DNA of 37,769 nt, taken from a virus. Taxonomy: Duplodnaviria > Caudoviricetes. This document shows, piece after piece, positions 9,846 through 18,376 of the stretch. The position numbers and the translations under genes were made by a program. Position 1 is the stretch's first letter. Each line of letters opens with the position of its first letter. The stretch spans positions 1-37,769 of IMG/VR virus record IMGVR_UViG_3300010361_000024. One strand, given 5' to 3'. The notes under the pieces were generated by a model. That model saw only the letters and a list, made by a program, of their open reading frames with translations. It was not told the DNA's origin and made no database searches.

Positions 9846-10346
9846 ATGGCCGACACGATCGAATTGAGCGTCGACACCCGCGAGCTCGAATACGCGCTCA
9901 CCCGATTGCCGCAACGGTTTCGCAAGGACATCATGCGCCGCGCGTTGCAGGCCGCGGGCGATGTGATGCTCGCCGCGGTCGTCGCCGAGACGCCCGAGCG
10001 CGACGATGTTTGGACCCCCGACTCGACCGCATTGCCGCCCGGCGTGCTCAAGGCCGATATGCACACCGAGATTCAATTCTCGCGCACCCAACAAGCGGCG
10101 CGGGTCAAGGTCGGACCCTCGGCCAAAATCGGGGGCCTGGTCGCCTATCGCATCAACTACGGGTGGATGCACAAAGACCGCGGGGGCAACATCAAGCACA
10201 TCCCCGCGACCCATTTCCTCACGCGCGCCTTTGACCTCTCCGCAGAGACGGCGGTCGAGGTGTTTATTGAAACCCTGGGCAATGCCCTCGGGTACGGCGA
10301 GAATGCCATTCCCGAAAACAAATCGCTCGACGTGGAATTCGGATAA
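9846..10346 (+). CDS. HK97 gp10-like tail component
   Basis: RRALQAAG, G.LKAD, NYG, PATHFLTRAFD; synteny. Confidence 0.8.
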   Translation: MADTIELSVDTRELEYALTRLPQRFRKDIMRRALQAAGDVMLAAVVAETPERDDVWTPDSTALPPGVLKADMHTEIQFSRTQQAARVKVGPSAKIGGLVAYRINYGWMHKDRGGNIKHIPATHFLTRAFDLSAETAVEVFIETLGNALGYGENAIPENKSLDVEFG

Positions 10347-10748
10347 ATGCTCACCGATGGATTGCGCGCCCTGGCGATCGCCGACCCTGCGATCTATGCC
10401 CTTTGCGGCGATCGCATCGCGCCCCCGCCGGCGCCCGAGGACCTCTCCCAATATCCCTATGTGACGTACTCGCGCGTGAGTTATGCGAGCGACTATGCAA
10501 CCGATGGCCCGGTTAGTTTCTCGACGGCGCGCATTGTCTATGAGTGTTTCGCCATTCGCAAGGCCGACGCCAATGCACTCGGCGAGGCCTTTCGCCTTTG
10601 CTTTTCGGGCTATCGCGGGGTGTTGAACGAGGGCACCCCGGTCGACTCGATCGAGATCGCCAACGTTTCCGACGCCTGGAACCCCGCGCGCGTTTATAGC
10701 GTGCAAGTGCACGCGATGGTCAATTTCTCGGAAGCTAAAAACCACTAA
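10347..10748 (+). CDS. Tail terminator/completion protein (DUF3168-like)
   Basis: LCGDRI.P, YPYVTYSRVS; position before the tail tube gene. Confidence 0.8.
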   Translation: MLTDGLRALAIADPAIYALCGDRIAPPPAPEDLSQYPYVTYSRVSYASDYATDGPVSFSTARIVYECFAIRKADANALGEAFRLCFSGYRGVLNEGTPVDSIEIANVSDAWNPARVYSVQVHAMVNFSEAKNH

Positions 10749-10769
10749 CCCAGACAGGAGAGTGAGCCA

Positions 10770-11291
10770 ATGGCCGGAACTGCAACGAAAGGTTTCACCG
10801 GAAAGGGCGCGACGTTTTCGATCGGCACCACCCCGTCGCCTGCATCAACGTTCACCGTGATCGCCCAACTCAAGACCCTTGCATTCAGCGGGCAAAAGTG
10901 GAGTTTCGACGACATCACGTGTTTGAGCTCGCCGGTCGTGGGCGCGGGCGTGTTGGAGGAATCTTTGCCCACCAAAGTGTCGCCGGGCGAGCTCGCGATC
11001 GCCGGCGTTTTTTTGCCGAGCGACGCGGGGCAACCGCTATTGCTCGCGGCGTTCAACTCGGGCGGGTTGAACGATTTCAAAGTGCAACTCCCGGTCGGGC
11101 CGGGGCAAACCACGACCGGCAACCTTTATACGTTTTCCGGTTACGTGCAAGATATGCCGACGCCCGACATTCAAGTCGATAAGGCGATCAATTTCAAGGC
11201 GACGATCAAACTCAATACGCTTTTGACCCTCACCCCGGGCACGCTCGTGGCAGGCACCGCGGCGCAAGCGGCACCCGCACAGGCGGCCTAA
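10770..11291 (+). CDS. Major tail tube protein
   Basis: DITCLSS, PGELAIAG, YTFSGYV; GGAG RBS; synteny. Confidence 0.85.
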   Translation: MAGTATKGFTGKGATFSIGTTPSPASTFTVIAQLKTLAFSGQKWSFDDITCLSSPVVGAGVLEESLPTKVSPGELAIAGVFLPSDAGQPLLLAAFNSGGLNDFKVQLPVGPGQTTTGNLYTFSGYVQDMPTPDIQVDKAINFKATIKLNTLLTLTPGTLVAGTAAQAAPAQAA

Positions 11292-11301
11292 CGGAGACTC
11301 T

Positions 11302-11712
11302 ATGCGTGCGAACCCCATGCAACCGACGGTGACGATCGAGATCGGCGCCGACCTGTTCTTGCTCGTGTTTGATTTCGAGGCGGTCGCCGAGGCCGAGGAT
11401 TTGACCGGGCGGGCACTCTTGACCGGGCTCACGTCAAAGGATGCCCGCTCCCCGGCAATCAACCTCGTGCGCGGCATGTTCTACGCCTGCACGCGCGCGC
11501 ATCATGCCGAGCTCGATTTCGCGGCGATCAAATCGCGCATCAACCGCAAAAACATTTGGGAAGTATGGGCGAAGGTATTGGAGGCTTGGACAGCGGGCCT
11601 CGTTGACCCTGAGAGCGACGCCGCGCGCGCCGACCCTACGCAGGCCCCGAGCTCGGTCGGCGCGAGCTCTGGGGCTATCTCTGGAGTCATGCGCGCTATG
11701 ACCTCGGAGTGA
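11302..11712 (+). CDS. Tail assembly chaperone (gpG-like)
   Basis: LVFDFEAVAEAEDLTG motif; lies between tail tube and tape measure genes. Confidence 0.8.
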   Translation: MRANPMQPTVTIEIGADLFLLVFDFEAVAEAEDLTGRALLTGLTSKDARSPAINLVRGMFYACTRAHHAELDFAAIKSRINRKNIWEVWAKVLEAWTAGLVDPESDAARADPTQAPSSVGASSGAISGVMRAMTSE

Positions 11713-12008
11713 GCGAGGCCGAGTTTTGGCGACTCACCCCGCGGCAACTCGGCGCGCTCACCAAACGGCACCGGCAGGCGCAAGAGCGGCAAGATTTGCT
11801 GGTGGGGTTGTTGGCTTCCGTGGTTTGCAATTTTTCCTATTACGCGCCCCAGGAACCCAAAGCGGCGGTCGATTTTGTGCCCTGGCACAAACCCGCGCCG
11901 CGCGCGCCCGCGAACGATCAGGAGCTCGCCGAACAATTCGCCGCAACCCTCGCGCCCTATGCGGTCGTAAATATTCAACCCGAAACAAAACCGAAAGGAG
12001 TTTCATAA
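11613..12008 (+). CDS. Tail assembly chaperone C-terminal part (gpT-like), probably made by -1 frameshift
   Basis: The -1 frame is open from 11613 and reads LWGYLWSHARYDLGVSEAEFWRLTPRQL; the gpT-like motif begins upstream of GTG 11709. Confidence 0.7.
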   Translation, partial: ERRRARRPYAGPELGRRELWGYLWSHARYDLGVSEAEFWRLTPRQLGALTKRHRQAQERQDLLVGLLASVVCNFSYYAPQEPKAAVDFVPWHKPAPRAPANDQELAEQFAATLAPYAVVNIQPETKPKGVS

Positions 12009-12395
12009 ATGGAAGTTCCGGTAATGATAAGCGGCGTTCTATGGGACCACGCCGACAAGTCGGGCCGCGCGGTGACCTTGCAAGGCCTTGCCGTGATCAC
12101 GGGTCTCAGTGTCGGCGGGGGGCCGATCGTGCCGCCCGGCGTGCCGCCTGGAAGCGGCGGGCCGCCCGTGCCAATCTTTCCTATCTGGGGGCCGCCCGGC
12201 TCTAACTTCCCTGGCGGCCCCGGTTACCCGCCCGTAGCAGGGCACCCGCTCCCCATTCCCCCTCAGCCAATCAACCCGCCGGCAAATCCCGAGGTGCCCA
12301 AACCCCCGCCCCCCGACGGCGGTTGGGGTTGGCATCCCGAATACGGTTGGGGTTACTTCCCCGGGCAAGGCGGCAAACCTCAACCCCCCGGTTAG
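12009..12395 (+). CDS. Pro/Gly-rich hypothetical protein
   Basis: AAAGGAG RBS; ATG immediately after the previous stop; 128 aa. Confidence 0.75.
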   Translation: MEVPVMISGVLWDHADKSGRAVTLQGLAVITGLSVGGGPIVPPGVPPGSGGPPVPIFPIWGPPGSNFPGGPGYPPVAGHPLPIPPQPINPPANPEVPKPPPPDGGWGWHPEYGWGYFPGQGGKPQPPG

Positions 12396-12403
12396 TAAGT
12401 CAA

Positions 12404-12440
12404 GAGGGCGGCGCGCATCCCCATCGCGCCGCCTTTGATT
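12404..12440 (+). terminator. Terminator-like hairpin
   Basis: GGCGGCGCG (12407-15) / CGCGCCGCC (12425-33) followed by TTTGATT. Confidence 0.5.
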
Positions 12441-12463
12441 GTTCGCGCGAAAGGTTTATTTGA

Positions 12464-14707
12464 ATGCCTGCCAGTGCCAAAGTCGCGACCGCATATGTCG
12501 ACCTAGTTGCGCGCACCGAGGCCTTTGAAAAAGCCATCGGCAACGCCAAAAAGTCGATCCGCGAATTCAACGCCGAGGCTAAGGCGCAGTTACACGAGGC
12601 CAAAGATTCGGTCAACTTGCTGGGCGATCAAATCGGGGTGAAACTCCCCCGTGACCTGCAACACTTTGTGTCCGAGTTGCCCGGGGTCGCGACCGCGATG
12701 TCGGCGGCATTCGACACTATCGCAGTTGTCGCCCTCATCGGCGTGCTTGTCGAGGCGGGGCAAAAGATTGCTGAGTTTATCAAGAAAAACGAAGAGGCCC
12801 GCAAAAAGAGCGAAGAGGCATGGAGGCACATTCACGCCGCGGCGCAAATGGCGACCGACGAGATTCGCTTGAGCACGATTCAACTCGACAACCAACTCGC
12901 GCGCCTGGAACACAAACCGGAAAACAAGGCCGCCGAGGCGGTCGAAGAGATCGCGGTCGCGACCGAACACCTCAACGAGCAATTGGAGCAAGCCAACAAA
13001 CAAATCCTCGATCTCGTCAAAGCGCAGACGTTCCGATTCTTTTCGAAAGAGGGAATGCAGGCGGGCACGCATCAAGAGCAAGTGATGCTCGAAGAGCACA
13101 TCAAGTGGCTCGCGCATGCCACAACCGCGCAAGACAAATTGAACGAGTCGAAGAGTTACGCGAATGCTCTCGCCATTCGCGCGCGCGAGCTCGAAGAGAT
13201 GCAAAAGCGCGAAAGCAGCATTTCCTACAAACCCGAGATCGAGGCGGTCGAGCAAATGCAACTCGGGCAGGCCGCCGAGCAAATCCAGCTTGAGGCCCTG
13301 GTGCATAAGGGAACGGTCATACCCAAGATTGCCCAACTCGAAGGTGCGAAAGACCTCGAAGCGGAGCTCGAAAAAGACCGGCAAAAGATGCTCGCCGGTT
13401 TCGAGCAAGCGTTCAACGAGCAAAAGCGGCAATACGGCATGAGCGTCGCGCAAGAGATGGCCTATTGGGCCGACAAGTTGAAGGCATTCAAAGAGGGCAC
13501 CAAAGAATACGAGGCCGCGTTTCAACATTTCACGACCTATTCAGAGCAACTCTCCAAACAACTCGCCGACCTGCGCAAGACGACCAAAATCGAGACCTTG
13601 CCGAGCGATGTCGCCGCGGTGCCGACGATGCTCACCGAGGCATACGAGGACATCGCGCACATGGGCGCGCGATGGACGCAATACAATCGCGAGCTCGCCC
13701 AGGCCGACAAGCAACAAACCTTGATGAACGCGCACCTCGAAGAGATGAAAATTCAATTCGAACTCGCGACCGGCGCGATCAGCCCGCACGCCGCCGCGGT
13801 TGCCCAGGCCGCGGCGCACCTCAAGCAATACAACGCCGAATATAACGTGCTGGTTGCCGAGCGGGCGCGCGTCGCCGAGGACACCTCGCTCACGCCGGCG
13901 CAACGCGCGACGCAAATGCAGGCGATCACCAACCAACTCGAAGCGTTGAAAGGCGATCGTCAGATTCAAGAGCTCACCGATGCGGTCGCCGAGTTCGGCA
14001 CCACGTGGCAAGCGATGATCGACTCGGTGTTCGACGAGATGATCAAGCGCAGTCAAGAAACAAGCGCGCAATTGCGGCAAATCTCCATGCAATTCATCGA
14101 CTCGGTGAACACCGAGCTCGCCCGCGGCCTCACCGGGCAATCGATGAATTTCGAGCAAGTGTTTCGCGGCACCGCGCAATCGCTCGCCAAAGCGGGCATC
14201 GAGAAAACCGAGGGAATGCTCGCCCAGGCGTTAGGCCTGGGCAGTTTCGGCAAAATGGGCAGCAAGAGCAATCCCATGTACACCCGCGACGCCGACAAGC
14301 CGGGGGGCCTTGCGGGGGCAATGGAGGGTCACTCCACGGGCGGGCTCATGCGCATGGTCGGGCACGGGTTGTTGGGAATGCTCAACGATTCCGATTGGGC
14401 GGGCAAACTTTTCGGCTCGGGCTCGCTCTTTGGCGGGGGTCATGCCCTGGGCGGGTCGGTCATGGCGGGCGTGCCGATCGATGTCGGCGAGCTCGGGCGC
14501 GAGCGGTTTGTGCCCGCGGTGCCGGGGCGCATCATCCCTAACAATCAACTGGTCGGCGCGCCGATGGTGATGAACGTCGACGCCCGCGGCACCGACCCCG
14601 CCTTGACGCGCGCCAACTTCGAGCGCGCCTTGCAAATGACCCACGCGCGGGCGGTCGACGATGCCGCGCGCGGCATGAGCGAGCGCGCGCGCCGCACGCC
14701 GCAATAA
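12464..14707 (+). CDS. Tail tape measure protein
   Basis: 747 aa, Ala/Glu/Gln-rich helical; N-terminal VDLVART..FEK; C-terminal HALGGSV...VGELGRERFVP...GRIIPN. Confidence 0.93.
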   Translation: MPASAKVATAYVDLVARTEAFEKAIGNAKKSIREFNAEAKAQLHEAKDSVNLLGDQIGVKLPRDLQHFVSELPGVATAMSAAFDTIAVVALIGVLVEAGQKIAEFIKKNEEARKKSEEAWRHIHAAAQMATDEIRLSTIQLDNQLARLEHKPENKAAEAVEEIAVATEHLNEQLEQANKQILDLVKAQTFRFFSKEGMQAGTHQEQVMLEEHIKWLAHATTAQDKLNESKSYANALAIRARELEEMQKRESSISYKPEIEAVEQMQLGQAAEQIQLEALVHKGTVIPKIAQLEGAKDLEAELEKDRQKMLAGFEQAFNEQKRQYGMSVAQEMAYWADKLKAFKEGTKEYEAAFQHFTTYSEQLSKQLADLRKTTKIETLPSDVAAVPTMLTEAYEDIAHMGARWTQYNRELAQADKQQTLMNAHLEEMKIQFELATGAISPHAAAVAQAAAHLKQYNAEYNVLVAERARVAEDTSLTPAQRATQMQAITNQLEALKGDRQIQELTDAVAEFGTTWQAMIDSVFDEMIKRSQETSAQLRQISMQFIDSVNTELARGLTGQSMNFEQVFRGTAQSLAKAGIEKTEGMLAQALGLGSFGKMGSKSNPMYTRDADKPGGLAGAMEGHSTGGLMRMVGHGLLGMLNDSDWAGKLFGSGSLFGGGHALGGSVMAGVPIDVGELGRERFVPAVPGRIIPNNQLVGAPMVMNVDARGTDPALTRANFERALQMTHARAVDDAARGMSERARRTPQ

Positions 14708-14718
14708 GGAGAAATGCC

Positions 14719-15459
14719 GTGCCACAAATCAGCATCGCATCGGTCAACGTTCCGGGCTGGTCGGGCGCGACGAGCGGCATCTCTTTGCGCATTTATGCCA
14801 ACCAATATTTCACCGCCTGGGACGGCACGCCGATCGAGCAGACGGTGCCCAAAAATGCGTCGAGTGGCCTGGGCTCGTTTTTCAAATCGTATGCCTGCAC
14901 CGTCGACGGGTCGGGCAACATCACGATTCCCGCGGTGACCTTGCCCTCGACCGTCGACTCGCCCGACAACCCGAGCGCAACCTATACCGCGTTGTTTTGG
15001 GATGCGACCCTCAATCAAAACGTGCAAATATTCGGCACCTTCGCATCCTGGCCGTTGTTGGCCTCGCCGAGTGCCACGACCTGGGCGGCGATCTTTGGCA
15101 ATGTGGCCGTGGTCGGCGGCGCGGCGATCCTGGTCGGCACGGTCACGGCCTTGCCTTATGGCGCAACACCGACGGCGACCATCACCTCGGCTAACCCGTA
15201 TTACTTGAACCTGGGCATCCCGATCGCCGACGCTTTGCAATTTCTGCCTTGCACGTCGATCAACGCGCACACTTTCACCGCGCCGGCGACGGTGATTGCG
15301 GTCGCCTATAACGGCATCATGCTGCCCGCCAATGTGGCCGCCCCGGCTAAGAGTTATACGGTCGCCGGCGACGGGGTAACGATCACGCTCACCTTTGACA
15401 TTGACCCGAGTTGGGAAAGAATCGACGCCTTTTGTCGCCCCGGAGGGAGTACCCCTTGA
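14719..15459 (+). CDS. Putative virion accessory protein (beta-rich)
   Basis: TAAGGAG RBS; Thr/Ala/Val-rich; C-terminal ~100 aa duplicated in the next ORF. Confidence 0.7.
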   Translation: MPQISIASVNVPGWSGATSGISLRIYANQYFTAWDGTPIEQTVPKNASSGLGSFFKSYACTVDGSGNITIPAVTLPSTVDSPDNPSATYTALFWDATLNQNVQIFGTFASWPLLASPSATTWAAIFGNVAVVGGAAILVGTVTALPYGATPTATITSANPYYLNLGIPIADALQFLPCTSINAHTFTAPATVIAVAYNGIMLPANVAAPAKSYTVAGDGVTITLTFDIDPSWERIDAFCRPGGSTP

Positions 15460-15755
15460 GTGTCACCCGCTTGCCTTTCGGCACGCCCCCGACCGCACAC
15501 CTCAGTGGGCAAAACCCCTATTTCTTGTCGCTCGGTTTGCCCGTCGCCGACACGCTTGCGTATATGCCCTGCGCGCGCGTCGACGCGCACACCTTCACCG
15601 CGCCCGCGGCGGTGATTGCGGTCGCCTGCAATCACATCCTGTTGCGCGGGGGTTTGAGCGCACCCGCGCGCAGTTATACTCTCGCCGGGTTAACCATCAC
15701 GCTCACCTTTGACACCGATAGTTGGGAACGAGTCGACGTCTTTTGTCGACCCTAA
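15456..15755 (+). CDS. Paralogue of the C-terminal domain of 14719..15459
   Basis: VTRLPFGTPPTA...AHTFTAPAAVIAVA...TITLTFD..SWERVDVFCRP aligns with the previous protein; TTGA overlap. Confidence 0.7.
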   Translation: MSVTRLPFGTPPTAHLSGQNPYFLSLGLPVADTLAYMPCARVDAHTFTAPAAVIAVACNHILLRGGLSAPARSYTLAGLTITLTFDTDSWERVDVFCRP

Positions 15756-15769
15756 GCAATTTGTGAGGT

Positions 15770-18313
15770 TTGTTTATGCTCGCACGATGGATAAAGGCCG
15801 GTCTTGTCACTAGCACATTTCTCGCCTGCGCGGCGATGTCGCTCGGGCAGATCAACCCGGCGACGCAAATTCGCTGGCCTGCTAACTGCAATGCCAGTGG
15901 CATGACGTACAACCAATTCTTGAATTCTTGTATTGCGGGCGGCCCTGGCCCGCAAGGCCCCCCCGGGCCTGCGGGACCTCCGGGCGGGTCGCTGAGTTAT
16001 CCCGGGGTCACCTCGGACGGCAACAACGGGCTCACCGTGACGGGCGGTGTCAACGCCGCAACCGTCGGTGCAAACGGAATCGGCAATCCCAACACCTCGG
16101 CAACCCTAACTGAGGTAGTGGGCTCGATGCAGCCTTTGCACGCCGCCGCATTGCGCGCGACCCGCACTAAGACGGGTCTCATGACGCTCAACAATATGGG
16201 GTATTCGGGTTACTCCAACCCGGCGCAATTAGTTATCTATACGGGCGGCGATTCAACTACGGGATTTCATGCCAACGAATTCGCCTGCACTCTGGCAACC
16301 GAATTTGGTTTCAGCAATCAATGGGCGGGCTATATCGGCACGACAATCACCGGCACCAATGTATCAGAGGGGTTTACTTGCCCGCCCGCGGGGTGGCAAT
16401 TCGTCCCGACCCTGGCAGGCGGGGCAACGAATGTGGGGGGAGATTTCGCCCACTTTCCCGCGGGCACTGGGGTTTCCATGCCCCCAGGATCAACCGCAAC
16501 CAACACGGCTGGGTTTCAAATGACGGCCAATAAGATTATGGTCTATTACACCGCGGATACGGCAGGGGCGACGGTCACGGTCAACACCTCGCCCGACGGT
16601 ACGACGTGGACGGCGATTCCGAGTTGCACGGCCTTAGTCGTGACCCCCAACGTGGGCGGGGTCTGCGATGCGACCGTGACGCTCGGCCCTTATTGGGTGC
16701 AAGTTGTGGCCGGGGGCAGTGCAACCCTCTATCTATGGACCGCGGGCATGATAAACACAACCGTCAACGGTGCGGTTTTCGTGGCGGGCGGGGTTGGGGG
16801 CACGAGTCTCCCCGATCAGACATCCATTCCGTCGGCTATCTGGCAACCGTGGCTCAATGACATCAAGCCGGACTTAGTGACCTTTGAAATGAAAAACAAC
16901 GGCACGATGGTGCTCGGCTATCCGACCTGCACCCAGGCAACGACCGCCGCGCCGACCGTGGGGCAGAATCGCCTCTATTGGTGGAATAAGTGGATAACCC
17001 CATTTCTAACTGCGAACGCCCTCGCCGATGTGGTGATCTTTGGCTCGCACGGCATCGCCGCATCCAACGATTGCATCGCGGTCTATAACCAAGTCGAGCA
17101 ACAATGGGCCTATGCACAACAACCGGCGCAAACCTATGTCGATAATTACTGGCAACTCAGCAATGCGCAGATGCAAACGCTCGGATGGATCGATACCACT
17201 GTACACGAGACGATACTCGGCCAGATAGCGCATGGCGATCTCGACGTAGAATACCTGGGCATTATGAATTGGCCGACGGCGTTAGTGACGCGCAATGTCG
17301 CCAACGGTTCCACCCAATCCAGCATTTTTAAGTTAGGCACACAAGGAAAGATCGATTACAACACATCCTTTCCGAACTACTGGCGATTCACGACCACGGC
17401 CACGGGTTCCAACAATTTGCGCGGGTTCAGCTTTATCAATTCGTCCGGCACCGCATGGGCGCAATTGTGCGACACCTCCGCGGGCGGACCATGTACAACT
17501 GTTGATAAGTCGTGGTTGCCGCCTTTTCAGTTATATCTAAGCGGCACCGCGGTCAATGCATCGGGGGTATGGCTGCACGGCACGCAGATACAGTCTGGCA
17601 ACATCAATGCCGCGGGTTTCTTCGACAGTGCGACCGCGGGCACTCCCTGGCCTCTGGTTGCCTCCAATGTTTCGGTATCAACCAACAACCTGGGGAGCAC
17701 GAGCAGCGGCAACGTAGCGGTCAATACCAGAAACCATTACACCTATGTGGGCGGCATGGCGGGCGCGGTTACCGGGCAGACCTATACCAGTGGTTCCAAT
17801 AACGCCAACGACATAACTTATATCATTGCCCAGGGAACCACGGCCTACCCTTGGACGTGGAGCGGCACCAACGAAACCAATCGCTCGGGGTTCAGGGTGC
17901 CTGTGATTCCCGCCGCATCGGGTCACATGGCGCAATGCGTTCAAGAGCTCGTGTCGATGCCCGGGGGGGTCGGGCAGATTCTCCCCAAAACCGCCGCATT
18001 GTGTTACTACAACTTGAACTCAGCGCAAGGCGACACGGGCCGACAGTATATCGACGTCGATGCGGTGCTCACCGGAACCTCGACCAACGTGGACGGCGCC
18101 GGCGAGTTATCGCTCAGTGCGGCGACCACGGTTAGCTATACGTTTTACATCACGACCCTCACCGTTCACCCCGAATGCGTGGTGACGCCGCAATTCGATA
18201 TTGGTTCGGGCAATCGCTATTGGGTGACCTACACCGCGGCGACCTCGTTTACGGTCAACTTTGCGACCGCGGTCACGGGGGCGGTAAGTTATGTCTGCAC
18301 GATTCGCACCTAA
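15770..18313 (+). CDS. Signal-peptide-bearing collagen/SGNH-hydrolase-like protein (possible tail fibre or secreted esterase)
   Basis: Hydrophobic N-terminus ending SLG-Q; GPQGPPGPAGPPG; SGNH-like blocks GGDSTT, GVGGTS, DLVTFEMKNN, DTTVH. Confidence 0.65.
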   Translation: MFMLARWIKAGLVTSTFLACAAMSLGQINPATQIRWPANCNASGMTYNQFLNSCIAGGPGPQGPPGPAGPPGGSLSYPGVTSDGNNGLTVTGGVNAATVGANGIGNPNTSATLTEVVGSMQPLHAAALRATRTKTGLMTLNNMGYSGYSNPAQLVIYTGGDSTTGFHANEFACTLATEFGFSNQWAGYIGTTITGTNVSEGFTCPPAGWQFVPTLAGGATNVGGDFAHFPAGTGVSMPPGSTATNTAGFQMTANKIMVYYTADTAGATVTVNTSPDGTTWTAIPSCTALVVTPNVGGVCDATVTLGPYWVQVVAGGSATLYLWTAGMINTTVNGAVFVAGGVGGTSLPDQTSIPSAIWQPWLNDIKPDLVTFEMKNNGTMVLGYPTCTQATTAAPTVGQNRLYWWNKWITPFLTANALADVVIFGSHGIAASNDCIAVYNQVEQQWAYAQQPAQTYVDNYWQLSNAQMQTLGWIDTTVHETILGQIAHGDLDVEYLGIMNWPTALVTRNVANGSTQSSIFKLGTQGKIDYNTSFPNYWRFTTTATGSNNLRGFSFINSSGTAWAQLCDTSAGGPCTTVDKSWLPPFQLYLSGTAVNASGVWLHGTQIQSGNINAAGFFDSATAGTPWPLVASNVSVSTNNLGSTSSGNVAVNTRNHYTYVGGMAGAVTGQTYTSGSNNANDITYIIAQGTTAYPWTWSGTNETNRSGFRVPVIPAASGHMAQCVQELVSMPGGVGQILPKTAALCYYNLNSAQGDTGRQYIDVDAVLTGTSTNVDGAGELSLSAATTVSYTFYITTLTVHPECVVTPQFDIGSGNRYWVTYTAATSFTVNFATAVTGAVSYVCTIRT

Positions 18314-18376
18314 CTAGAGGGGGTTCGAGCAGGCGCGGCGAACATAAGCAAGTAAAAACACCAACGAGGGAAACCT

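Noticed and set aside
15142-15755. DGR template/variable repeat pair
   Set aside because: Differences are not adenine-specific, include indels, and no reverse transcriptase is encoded.
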